Below are positions 12,123-24,500 of a stretch of DNA of 63,308 nucleotides, piece by piece; the stretch's first letter is position 1, and each line of letters begins with the position of its first letter. The translations under genes were made by a program, and so were the position numbers. The notes beneath the pieces were generated by a model. That model worked only from the letters and a program-made list of their open reading frames with translations. It was not told the DNA's origin and did not search any database. The stretch spans positions 1 to 63,308 of the forward strand of contig QPMI01000357.1 of NCBI GenBank assembly GCA_004431415.1. The letters are read 5' to 3'. This DNA is from Cyanophora paradoxa CCMP329. Its lineage: Eukaryota > Plantae > Glaucophyta.

Positions 12123-15100
12123 CTAGAAGTACTGTGCGAGGTGGGGGTCGGCGTGGCAGGGGACGCGGAGCGCGTCGTAGACCTGCGCGGGGGGTCAGCG
12201 CGGCAGCGCGGGGCGATACGCGGCAAAGCGTAGTGGGGCGAGGGCACGTGAAGGAGGAGGGTGGGGAAGCGGGAGGCGAAGTAGTGGAGGAAGCCGCCGG
12301 GGAGGGGGCCCATGAGCGCCTGCAGCGGGGGCGGCATGTCCCGGAAGTGGTTCCGCTTGTTCCGGATCACCCGCAGCAGGTCCTGCCCCCGCGCAGAGGC
12401 CCCTCGGCCGGCGGCGGCGGGGGGCGCAGCGGGGGCGGGGGGGCGGGGGAGCGGACGCGGAGGGAGGCGGGGTTGTACTTGCGGTACTTGCCGAGGTTGG
12501 CGACGAGCTCGGGGTCGAGGAGGGCGACCCAGTCTGGGGCCGGCCCCAGCACGGCTGCCGCGCGGGCCTCGAGGGCGCGGAGGAGGGGCGAGTCGCGCTC
12601 CTCGGGCTCGATGCGGTCCGAGGCGTCGACGAGGAAGGCGAGGCGCTGCTCGTCCCCCCAGAAGAACGGGTGCGCGACCACCTCCCCCGCCGTCGGCCGG
12701 CACCCGGGCTCCTGCCGCCCCCCGCCCTTCAGCCACAGCGCGGCGGCCTCGCCGAGGGGAGGGCGCGGGGGCGCACGGGGTGGAGCATGGCGCGGATGAG
12801 GTGCTGCGCCTCGGGGAGGTGGGCGACCCCCGAGAGGTCCGCCCGCCCCGCCACCACGTTCGCCTCGCGCTCCATCCTGCGCCGCGCCGGCCCCCGCGCT
12901 CGGGCCCCGCCGGCTCGGGGCGGGGCGGGCGGGGCGGGCGGGGCGGGCGGACCGCTCGCCGAAGGGGTGGCCGGCGAAGGTGAGGACGTAGTGGAGGAGG
13001 CAGCCCGTCGAGAAGATGTCCACCGCCTTCGTCAGCCGCCCCGCCAGCAGCACCTCCGGCGCCTGCCACCCGCTCGTCCCTGCACCGCCACCCCCGGCGT
13101 TGGCGCCCCGCCCCGCAGCCGGCCGCCGCGCGTGCCGGGCGGGCGCACCCGGCGTGCAGCTCTCGTAGCTCGTCTCGTGCGCCTGCAGCCGCCTGCTCAG
13201 GCCCATGTCCGAGATCTTCAGCCTGCGCGCGGGCCGCGGCCGTCAGCCGGCCGCAGACGCCCGCTTCAGGCGTCGAGGGCCGCAGGGGGGCGGACATTCC
13301 GGTCTCGGTGAGGAGCACGTTGACGGGCTGCGCGCTGCGTCAGGCGGGAGCGAGGGCGCGGCAGAGAGAGCGGGCGGCTCGCCTTGATGTCCCTGTGGAC
13401 GATGTGCATGGCGTGGAGGAAGGCGACGCCCTGCACGAGCTCGCCCAGCACCCGCCGCGTCTCCCCCGACGGCAGCGCGCTCTGCCGCCCCTGCGAGGAG
13501 CGCGCCTGCGCCGCACGCGCGCGTCATCCACGCGTCGAGCGGGGGCGGCTGCCGGCGGCGCGGACCTCCTCGACGTAGTCGGCGAGGGTCCGCGCGCAGC
13601 GCTCCAGCGCCAGGTACACGAACTGGTTGTCCGCCTCCTGCGCTCGCCCCGGCGCGTGGGCCCCCGGGGTACGGCGCGGGGGCGCGCGGCCACGCACCAG
13701 GCCGTAGTAGCGCACGACGTTCGGGTGGTGGTCGGCCTGCAGCTCGGTGAGCCTCGAGGGGCAAGCAGCTCTGGGCAGGGAGGGGTGGAGGGGGACCTGG
13801 ATGAGGAGGGAGATCTCGCGCTGGGCGGCGTTGAAGAAGTGAGGGAGCATCCGCTTGACGGCGACCCTGGGCGCGGCCGCGATGAGCGGGGCGGCCGGCG
13901 CAGCACGAGCGCGGGGCCCGAGGTGTGGGGGCTGGAGCGCACTGGCGGCCGTCGAGCTCGCCCTCGTAGACGACGGTGCCGTGGCTGCCGTAGCCGAGGA
14001 TGCGGGAGCTGACGAGGAGCCGCCCCACGCGGATCCAGCCGTCCGCCTCGGCGACAGGGGGCGGGCCGAGGGGCGGGGCCACAGCGAGCGCCCCGCCCTC
14101 CTCCTGGAGGGTGTCCCCCCGGGGGGGCTCGGGGGAGAGATGCGGCTCCGCCGCCAGGGTCTCCGCGGAGGCCGGCGCAGACGCCTTCTTCCCCCGCTTC
14201 TTCTTCTTTGGAGCGGGCGCAGCCGGCCCCAACGTCTGCTCCACGCCCCCGGGGCCGCTCGCTGGCGGCTCGGCGCCGGCATCTGCGCTGATCAACAGCT
14301 GCCGCTCGTCGTCGTGCACAGTCACGACTGCTGCTCGCTGGCGCATACGCCGAGAGAGCATGAGCGAGCCGGCGACGACGATGAGCACGGAGGCCGTCAC
14401 TGCCAGAATGAAAAGTCGCTCGATGGTGAAAAGCTTGTAGAGCTCGCTCTGGTGCTCGTTGTGCTGAGGCAGCTGCTGCTCGGGTGGCTGTGCCGCTGCC
14501 GTGCTCGACGGAGGCACCACTGGGAGGAGAGGGAGAGGCTGATGCGGGGCGAGCTGCAGCCTGTGCGACGGTATACCGTGGGCGACTGCTCGCGTCTCCA
14601 GGTCGTGGGGACACTCCTCGCTCCTGAGGGCCGGAAGGGCGACCGCCTGGTTCTGAAGCGTGACAAGCTCGAGCATCGAGACGTCGCCTGCGCCGCTCGG
14701 CAGGCTGAGGAACTCGCCGGCGCTTTGCCCGGGCACGGCCACGTTTGCCTCCTCCAACGCCAAGCGCCGCAGATCCAACGGGAAGGACCTCGCTCCGTCC
14801 CCGGACACTCCGAAGGCGCGCATGGCGGGCGCTGGCAGATGCAGGCGCCAACGAGGCTCCCCTGGAAACAGGGTCAGCAAGGCACCCAGGCGCGGTCGAG
14901 GCTTCCGACAGCACCTCCAGAGTCGTCGATAAAGTACACCGTGTTGTCACGGGCGACGAGCAGGCGCCCACTGGAAAGCGGGTCGCCGGCCTGCTGCACG
15001 GACGCTGCAGGGTCGTGGAGAATCGGAACAAATTCCGACAGCGTCAGATTCCAGCTGTGGCCGGAGATTCTGATCAGACGCCGGCGAGAGGGGGAGGGTC

Positions 15101-15909
15101 GAACAGCTGCCCCACGCACCGCTCGCGGCCAGTGCGGCTGTCAACAGCACGCACGGAATATCGGACGTGGCCCATTGTGATGGTCCCTGGCCGCCAGTCG
15201 TTCAGACAGACGTCCTCCTTATTGTCTGTCGACGAGAACGCGAATCGGATCGAGCCATCGGACGGTGAGATCCCGTAGACCTGCGTCATGTCGATGAGAA
15301 CGCAATCAGCGCCGTAAATTTGAAGCGTAAGCACTGCCGACCTTCGTCAGCTTCGTTCCAAGAAGTATGAGCCCGTCGCCGATGCCATAGGGAGAGGATG
15401 CCACCGCATCTATCGAATACCGTTATGAATGCAACGCGGTCCAGAGGCGACGATGCCGCACCCTTGATGGTGAAGTCCAACTTCTGCAGCGTGCTGCCCG
15501 GCTGCACGCCTAGAAGGTACACACTGCCGTCGTGCCCCGGAACGAGCCTGAAAGGGAGCGTCTCGTTGTCGTCCAGAGCGACGTGCGCGCGCACGGCCGG
15601 CTCCCCCAAGCGCGCTGCGAACTTGATGGCACCCGTTCGCACGTCGAGGCCGACCACGTCGCCTTCGAGGGTGGACAGCACGACGACGTCTCCGGATCCT
15701 GGACTCTGGGCTACTTCCTGGGAACCAACGACAGCTGCAGGCGGCAGCGGCTTCGGGCTAGCGCTGTCCTCCGCTGATGCGCGTGCGCTCTGGCCTCCAG
15801 ATGTTGTAGCTGTAGAGGGCGCCAGCAGCAACAGGCCAAGGACGACCGCAAGCGCGCACGGCCAGGAGCGCGCAGCCGCACCGCGGCTGGGCAAATGGTC
15901 GCGCGGCAT
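12123..15909 (-). CDS. IRE1: IRE1 ER-stress sensor kinase/endoribonuclease; spliced
   Basis: Signal peptide (ALAVVLGLLLLAP), luminal domain (VLSTLEGDVVGLDVRTG), TM helix (LFILAVTASVLIVVAGSLML), kinase (LGYGSHGTVVYEG, HHPNVVRYY, HRDIKP, KISDMGLS, GTSGWQAPE) and KEN RNase domain (DLLRVIRNKRNHFRD). Stop TAG at 12123-12125. Confidence 0.96.
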
Positions 15910-15927
15910 CACGCGCCCGCCCTGTTG

Positions 15928-15978
15928 CTAGATGTATGAACGAGTGGCGGTGCTGCCGAGCAAATGGTCTTGCGGCAT
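15928..15978 (-). promoter_or_regulatory. Candidate 16-codon uORF (MPQDHLLGSTATRSYI*) upstream of IRE1
   Basis: A diverged copy of the IRE1 start region lies 69 bp upstream, in frame, and ends in TAG 18 nt before the main ATG. Confidence 0.55.
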
Positions 15979-16431
15979 CACGCGCCCGCTCTCTTCCTCG
16001 ATCGGCGCAACTGAGTGGGCCGCCGATCGCCTTTGCTCAGACTCCAATCGTCGCACCGGCTGCCGACAAGGGCTGCTCACAGCTCTCGAATCCTCCGCAC
16101 CGTGCACGCTGCGGCTCGATGGCGCGCACCGCCCAATGCTGCGTCCGCAACCCAAAAAGGCTTGCGGAGGGCGGCAAGGCGGGAAGGGGAGGTCGGCCGC
16201 TGCGCAAGGAGCCTCAGCTCGGTACCCCTCGAGGCAATTGAGTCGCATCGAAGGGCGCAACGCCCCAGCTAGCTGGACAGCGAACAGAGACTGCGGCTGG
16301 AGCTCTCTCGGCTTCCAGCGCTGGGTCAGCTGCAGTGTTCAGCACCTTCGGCCGGGCGCATCATGATGCCCGGCTGCCCGAAGTGGAGAAGCCCGGGATA
16401 GCCGATAGCTCGGCTCACAGTAGCTAGGAGG

Positions 16432-19400
16432 ATGTTGCGACCAGCACAACTGCGGCCTGGCCACGGCGTCGGAGCCGGGACCGGGTTGGGCTTGATGCTT
16501 GGGGCCGGGCACCCTGACCACCCGTCCAGCACCGACCAGACGCCGCTTGCGGCACGCGGGAACTCGCTCCGAGGATCCTTCTCAAGGAAGCATTCGGATA
16601 CAGAGGCAGCTGAGCAGCCCGGGGTTCAAGGAGTTCACGTCAGCGGGATGAGCATCCGCCGCGCGAATAGCAATAGCATGCAGCCCGGCGCCGCGGCCAT
16701 GAACTCCATTAGACATGGACCGGTCATCCCACCCCGAGAGATCAGCCCAATACCTCCTGCGGACGCTCCCTACAACAGCTCCGAGCCCACCCCTCGCGGC
16801 GCGGCAGCCCTGCAGGTGGGGCCGCTCCGCCGGAGCATGGAGAACGTACCAACCACGAAGAGCTTCCGAATGCCGAGCCCCATGCGGGGCGCGTCCGCCC
16901 GCAAGGTGCAGCCCATCTCGCCCAGCGCCTCCTTCAGGCAGGCCTCCTCCGTGCCCGCCAACTTCAGCCACCACCATGAGCACCTCCCTCCCATGCTCCC
17001 CCCAGCCAACAGCGTTCCCCCGCTCGTGGGCGTGCACCAGCCGCACCCTCCACCCCGCACCCCGTCCCGCGGCGGCATTTCCGTGCGCGGCACCCGCTCC
17101 GGGCACGCCTCCGGAGTCGAGTCCTCGGACGAGTCCGTGATCTCCGCGGCCCCGAGCCTGAGGCTGGCCGGCAGCCGCCGCGGGCTGGGCCCCGTGCAGG
17201 GCGGCGTCCTCGCGAACGGCCTCACCTCCAACTTCCATTCGGGGCGCTTCGCCGCGCCGCTGGCCAGCGGCAGCCGCCGCTCAATGGCGCCGATACCCGA
17301 CGCGAGCCCCGGCCCCGCATCGCTTGAGGGCGAGCTCGCCAGCGGCACCCTGCTCGTCGGCGCGCCTCCTTTCCTTTCCTTTCCTTTCTTTTTCTTTGCG
17401 GGTCGCTCACGCGGGGCGCAGGGAGGCTGCCGCTGGGGCGGCGGTCGAGATCGGGGACGGCGAGCGGCAACGCGAGCCTACGGACGTCGATGACCTCGCT
17501 GGCCGGCACGGCCGACGGGCGCGAGTCGCGCGGCGACCCGCGCGCGGCGCTCGCCGGCCTGCACGAGGAGCTCGCCGACGGGGCCTGGCTGGACGACGGG
17601 GCGTACATGTCGGGGGGGAGCCGCCCGCCGACGGCGAGCTCGATGAGGCCGCCGGCCTCGGCCACCTGGGGCTCCCCGCAGCAGCAGGGGCGGCCGGGGG
17701 CGCCGGGCGGGTCGCAGCCGGGCTCGCGGGCCGCCTCGGTGCGGGGCGGGCACGTCTTCAAGGCCACCGGCTCCTCCTCGGTCGAGGGCGGCGGGGTCAC
17801 CGCGGAGCTCACCTTTGTGCAGCCCATCGCGCCCGGCGGCGACGGCGCCGCCACCGCGACCGCGGCGGCGGCAGCGGCGACGGCTGCAGCGGCCGCTGCC
17901 GCCGCGGCGGCGGCGGTGGCGGTGGCGGCGGCGAGCGGGGCGCCCTCGTCGCTGCTGGGGAGCTCGATGAAGGCGGGGAGCAAGAGCCCGGGCGCGTCGC
18001 CGCCGCCGGAGCCGGCCGAGTCGTCGGGCCCCCGACGAGGCCGAGCAGCGGGGGGCGGGGGCGGGGCAGGGCGGGGGCGCCGGGGGCGACTTCCACCACA
18101 TCTTCTCCCGCCTCCTCTCACCCATGATGGAGCACCTGGCGATCCCCGAGGGCCAAACCCCGGTTCCTTCCAAGCCCAGCACGCCCACGCGCGGCACCCC
18201 GACGAACGCGCCGCCGGCGGCGCAGGCCTCGCCGCCGCAGCCGTCGCCGCCGGCGTCGAAGCCGGGCTCGTCGGCGAGCCTGCCGCCGTCGAAGCCGTCG
18301 TCGGCGGCGCAGCTGACGCCGGCGGAGGCGGCGATCGCGCGCGACCAGAAGCGCATCGCCGAGGAGATGCTCCGCTCCATGCAGCAGGTCCCCGCCGCCG
18401 CCCCCCGCCCCCTCTCTCCGCCCCGCACGCCCGCCCCTGAGCCCCGCGGCAGGTGCGGCACGCCGGCGGGCGGCGGCGGGCGTCGATCGACGGGGCGGGC
18501 GGGGCGGCGTTCCCCTCGATGTCGGGCAAGGCCCTCTCGAGCAACCGGTCGCGGCGTGGCTCGCTGAACACGAGCGGGGGCCCCTCGGCCGCCGCCCCGC
18601 CCCCGCCGGCGCGAAGAACCCCTTCACGTCCCCTCGGGGGCCACCTCGTGCCCCCGGGGGCGCCCCAGGGCCGCCGCGGCTCCGTCTCCGCCCAGGCCGC
18701 CCAGGCGGCGGCGGCGGCGGCGGCGGCGCTGGCGGCGGAGGAGGAGGCGAAGGCGGCAGAGGCGGGGGCGGGGCGGAGGAGGCCCGGGCCTCTCTGTGAC
18801 GGGCGTGCGGCCGCCGTTCGCGAGCCGGTCGCGCACGGGCGGCACGTTCCGCAAGAAGGTGACCTTCGACATGGTGGAGCAGGCGCAAGCCGCCCTCGCG
18901 GCCGCCGAGGCGGCGGCAGCGGCGGCGGCCGCCTCGGCGCGCTCGGGGCCGCGCGAAGCGAGCGTGCCCGAGGAGGGGCCGGCCGACCTCTCGGGCATGG
19001 CCGCCGGCGTTTCCGAGTCGGAGGCCGAGGGGCGCGAGGCGGAGGGCGCGGAGGCGGCGCCGGTGCGGCGGCGCGCCGACAGCTTCCTCTCCTTCCTCAA
19101 CAGCGAGCCGCCCGGCGGGGGCGGCATCTCGGGCATCGCAGGCATCAACCCGCCCGCCTCGGTGCGCCGCCGCCGCGCCCCGCCGCGCCTTGGCGCGCAG
19201 GATCCGACGGCTCGCAGATCGCGATGGACATGTCGCCGCTGATGTTCCTGCGGCCCTCGATGCCCTCCGTGGAGGCCCCGCCCGACGCCTCGGAGGAGGC
19301 CGGGGAGGGCGAGGGGAAGGAGAGGAGGGGCGAGGAGGGGGCGCGTGCGCGCAACTACGAAATCGACTTCTCGCAGCTGCAGCTGCGCAAGCGCATCGGC

Positions 19401-21382
19401 GTCGGCAGCTACGCCGAGGTCTACGTCGGCACCCTCGGCGCCAACCAGGCCCGCCCCGCCCCGCCCCGCGGCGGGGGCGCGCGCCCGAGGGCTCACCTGT
19501 TCTGCAGGTGGCGGTGAAGTACTACATGGAGCGGCGGCAGGAGGTGTCGGAGGCGCAGCTGGGGAAGATCCGGCGGGAGATGGAGCTCGCGTGCGGCCTC
19601 AAGCACCACAGCGTCTGCAACTTCGTCGGCTTCTGCGCGACGCCGCCGCACCTCTGCCTGGTGATGGAGTACTACGGGCGGGGCACGCTGGAGGCCTTCA
19701 TCAAGCACTACCCGGGGACCTTCGACTACGGGATGATCCTGCAGTGGGCGCGCTCGCTGGCGCAGGGGCTGGCGTACCTGCACGGGGAGCGCGTCGTGCA
19801 CCGGGACATCAAGAGCCAGAACATCCTCATCGGGGACGACGGGCACCTCAAGATCTGCGACTTCGGCGTCTCCGTCATGAAGTCCCGCTCCCGCCTCATG
19901 ACCGAGGCGCGCCAGCGAGCGAGCCGCGCCGCGCCCCAGCCCCCGCAGCGCCGCTGAGAGCACGGGGGCGGCAGGTGGGGACGGTGAACTACATGGCGCC
20001 CGAGGTGCTGCGGCACGAGAAGGCCAACGAGAAGGTCGATATCTACGGCTTCGCCATGGCGCGCCCGCCCGCCCGCCCGCCCGCCCCGCCCTGCCCGCCC
20101 CGCGGGGCCGCCGGGCTGAGGGGGCGGGGCCTGCCTGCAGGTGCTCTACGAGCTGGTGTTCCGCAAGGTGCCCTTCACGGACCCGGGGGACTCGCCGAGC
20201 CCGCTCTTCGCCGGCCTCCAGGCCGCCTACAAGGGCCTCAGGCGCGCCCCCGCCCCACCCCACCCCGCCCGCCCCGCCGGCGGCTGACGGGGGCGGGGCG
20301 GGGCAGGCCGGTGCTGGAGAACTGCCCGTACCCGCAGATCCTGCCCCTCATCGAGGCCTGCTGGCACGACGACCCCGACGACCGCCCCTCCGCCGAGGAG
20401 ATCGCCCAGGCCCGCCCCGCCCCGCCCCGCCCCGCCTGCTTGCCCGCCGCTGAGGGCTCGGGCGGCCGGCAGGTCCTCGACGCTATGATCGCCGACTACG
20501 ACGCCAAGGTCGCCGCCGCCGCCCTCACCGGCCGCCGCCCCTCCCTCCCCACCTCCGACCTCCCCCTGTCCGCCCCGCCCCGCCCCGCCCCGCCGCGCGT
20601 TGCTGCGCGGGCGCTGACGGGGCGGCAGGACGCTGATCCGGCGGCCGGCGGAGAAGAAGGCGCGGGCGGCCGACAAGTCCTCCAAGAGCGACGGCAGCGG
20701 CGACTCGGGCGGGGCCGGCGGCGAGAAGCCGGGCCCGCTCTCGCAGCGGCAGCGGCGCTTCCTCCCGCGGCACGACTCGTTCGGCGCCAAGTCGATCACG
20801 TCGGAGTACTCGTACGCGAGCAGCTGGAGCTCCAAGCGGGGCGCGCGCGCCGGGGCCGGCGCGGGGGCCGACTCGGTGCACTCCTCCTTCAACCGGAGCG
20901 AACCGCCGAACCCGAACGACCTCGAGTCGCCCCGCGGCGAGGGCGAGGGCGAAGGGGAGGGCGAGGGTGCGGCCCCCGGGCGGCTCTCGGCGCGCTTCCG
21001 CAAGCGGGGCTCCTCCTCGGTGCACTCGTCCTTCGCGCGCTCCGGCTCCGTCCGCTCCGACCCGGGCGGCGGCGACGGGAGCACCCCGGGCGCCTCCCGC
21101 CGCAGCTCCGCCTTCGAGTCGCCCCCCGCCGCCCCCAACGCCGCCCGCCCCGTTGGAGCCCCCTCCCCCGCCGCCCCCGCCGCCCCGCCCCGGCCCTCCC
21201 TCCCGCCCCGCCCTCGACCCCCCGTGCCCCCGAGCCCCCTCCCATCGACCCCTTGTGAGTGCCCGCGTCTTACCCTTTCCCAGCGCCGCGCCGATTCGTC
21301 GCATCGCGCCCCCCGCATTTTTGTAGTTTCTGTAGCTATTTCGTATCTTCTTTCATTGTCTGTCCAGTCTGTAGTAGTCTAG
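16432..21382 (+). CDS. TKL/Raf-like (MAP3K-type) Ser/Thr kinase with a long disordered N-terminus; spliced, 3' end approximate
   Basis: YEIDFSQLQLRKRIGVGSYAEVYVG, VAVK, LCLVMEY, VVHRDIKSQNILI, KICDFGVS, VGTVNYMAPEVL, EKVDIYGFAM|VLYEL and LIEACWHDDPDDRPS. Confidence 0.92.
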
Positions 21383-21512
21383 TGCTAGTCACGCAGACAC
21401 AGGCTCGGTGTCTGCCCCTTCTTTCAGCTGCGTGCGCCCCTCCTCGGGCGTCTGTATCACCAATGCGAGCCTAGGGAGCCTCTTTCAGCGCTCGGCGCGG
21501 CCCGGGCCGGGG

Positions 21513-24500
21513 TCAGGCGGCGGCCTCGACGCCGCCGGGCTCGCCCTGGGGGTCCGCTTTGGCGGAGGGGGCGGCGAGGACGACGCGCCCCGCCTCGTCC
21601 ACGTCCAGCGCGATCCTGCGCGGGGCCCGCGTGGGCGGCTGCCGGGGGGTGCAGGCGGGGCCCGCCCCGCACCGGTCGCCGACGGAGACGCGCCCCGCGA
21701 GCACCGCGTCCGCCAGGAAGTCCTCCACCTGCGTACCCCCCTCGCCTCCGGAAGGCGGGGGCGGGAGCTGCGGGGGGTACGGCACCATGCTGGTGATGGC
21801 GCGGCGGAGGGGCCGGGCGCCGAACTTGGGGTCGTAGCCGCGGCGGCAGAGGGCGTCGAGGAAGGGGGCGGTGGCCTCGGCGGCGATGCCGGACTCGGCG
21901 TGCACCTCGGCCAGCGTCCGCGCGAGCATCGCCCCCGCGATCTCCCGCACCGTCCCCGCCCCCAGCGGCCCGAACGCGATCACCTGCGGAGAGGGCGTCG
22001 GACGAGGGAGGAGGGGCGGCGGGCGGGCGGGGGCGGGCCTCGTCGATGCGGTTGAGGAACTCGATGCGGAAGACGCGCTGCAGCGCCTCCATCACCACCT
22101 CCCGCCGCCGCAGCCGCCGCCCCTCCGCCCCCTCCGCCCCCTCCGCCCCCTCCGCCCCCTCCGCCCCCTCCGCCGCGCCTTGGCCCTCCTCGCCGGCGCC
22201 CTGCGCCCCGGCGGCGGCGGCGGCCTCGGCCTCCTCGCGGGCGGCCGCCTCCATCTCGGCGGCGATCTGCCCCGCCGCCACGTTGCTCGTCAGGATGATC
22301 ATCGTGTTCTTAAAGTCCACCGTCCGCCCCTGCGCGCGCCGAGGGGCGTCACGCCTGCCGCCTGGGGGCGCCAGAAGGGAGCGCCGAGGGAACAAGCCTT
22401 GGAGTCGGTGAGGCGGCCGTCGTCGAGGACCTGGAGCAGCACGTCGAAGACGTCCGGGTGCGCCTGCGGGGGGAGGGGGGGGGAGTGGGGGGGGGAGTGG
22501 GGGGGGGGGGGGGAGGCGGTGGTCAGCGGGGGCGCGCCGGGGCGTGCTCGAGGGGGCGGCGCGCCTTCTCGATCTCGTCGAAGAGGAGGACGGAGAAGGG
22601 CCGCCGCCGCACCGCCTCCGTCAGCTGCCCCCCCTCCTCGTACCCCACGTACCCCGGCGCGCTCCCGATCATCTTGTTCGTGCTCAGGCTGCGGCGAGAG
22701 GGCGGGTCGCGGCGAGGGGTGAGGAAGATCTTTAACGAGCTGGAGGGCGGGGGCAGGGCGGCGCGCCTGTCCATGTACTCGCTCATGTCGAGGCGGATGA
22801 GGGAGTCGGGCCCGAAGTAGGAGTCGGCGAGGGCCTTGGCGAGCTCCGTCTTGCCGCTCCCCGTCGGCCCCGCGAAGACGAAGCTCGCGATGGGGCGGGC
22901 GCGCTTGCGGAGGGCGACGCGGCCGCGGCGGACGGCGCGGGCGACGGCGCTGACGGCCTCCTCCTGCCCGACCACGCGCCCCCGCAGCGTCTCCTCCAGC
23001 CCCCGCAGCCGCTCCACGTCCGAGCTCGAGAGCTGCCCCCCCGTCAGGGGTACGCGATTCAAGAGGAGGGGGGGATGCGCGCCTTGGAGACGGGGACGCC
23101 GGTCCACTGGGAGACGACCTCCGCGACGTCCTCCGCCGTCACCTCCACCCTGGGAGGGGGGGAAGAGTGGGCGGGGGTACGGGAAGGGAGGGGCGGTGCA
23201 GCGGCTCACGAGTGGCGGGGCCGGGGGCCGCTGGAGGTGGCGGGGGAGGGGAGGGGCGGGGGGCTGGCGGGCCGGGGCGGGGCGGCCTCCGGGAAGAGGG
23301 AAGCGGCGGGGGACGGGGAGGGGGGCGGCGAGGCGTCGGGGGATTCGGGGGCCGGCGTGGGAGTGACGGAGGGGGAGGCGGGAGGGGAGGCGCTGCGGGG
23401 CGGGGCGGGCGGCCAGGGCGGCTGCGGAGGGGCGTCGGGGGTACGAGGCCTGCGCGGGAGGGAGGGGGGGTACCTGGTCGGTGACGATGGCGTAGGCGGC
23501 CTGGTCGTAGTTCGACGTCGTCGGGAAGGCCGTCTGGGCGAGTGATGTCAGGGGTACAGGGTTAGAGAGCCCTCCGGGGCGCGCGCCTGGGCGATGGGGC
23601 CGCCGGCGCCGGCGACGGTGGCGCGGATCTCGCGCTCGCGCTCCGACTGCCGCGCCGCCCGCGTCGCCTCCCTGCGCCGGGCGTCGGGCGGGCTCGAGCG
23701 CTGGCCCGGGGAGGGTCGGAGGGTACCGTATCTTGGCGCGGATGCGGGCCTCGACCCGCCGGTGAGCGTTCGCCTCCTCGAACCTGGGCGCCCCGTCGGA
23801 GGGGAGGGGGGGAGAGGGCGGGGCGGGGGTACAGGGGCACCGGTTGGCGCGGACGAGCTCGAGCTTGGCGCGCTGGACCTCCCTCACGGCCGCCTCCAGG
23901 TCCTGCCGCCCCTTTGCGCGATGCAGAGGGGAGAGGGGCTGGCCCCCCGCACCCGCACGTCCACGGCGGCGCGGGCGGCCCGGCGCGCCGCCCGCGCCGC
24001 CGCCTCATCGATGAGGTCGATCGCCTTGTCCGGCAGCCGCCGCCCCGCGATGTAGCGCTCCCCCAGCTGCGCGGCGCTCGGGGGGAGGGCGCGGGGAGGC
24101 GGGGGCGGCGGGGGCGCACGCGGCAGGCGGCGGCGAGCGCCTCGTCCGTGATCCGCAGCCTGCGGGGGCGCGTCGGGGGGGGGGGCGGTGGGGCGGGGGG
24201 GCGGGGGTCGGAGGGGGCGGGGGGGCGGGGGCACCGGTGGTGGGCCTCGTAGAGGGATCGCACGCCGTAGAGGATCTCGAGCGCATCCTCCGCGGACGGC
24301 TCCTCCACTGCGCGCGGGTGAGGGGCGCGGAGGCGGCGCCGGGCGCGGCGTGGCGCGGGGCGGGGCGGGCCGGTGACGGGCTGGAAGCGGCGCTCGAGGG
24401 CGGCGTCGCGCTCGATGTGCTTCCGGTACTCCTCCACCGTCGTCGAGCCTGCCCAGAGGTCGGGCGGGGCGAGGGCTGGGGGCCCTGCGCGCCCGCACCG

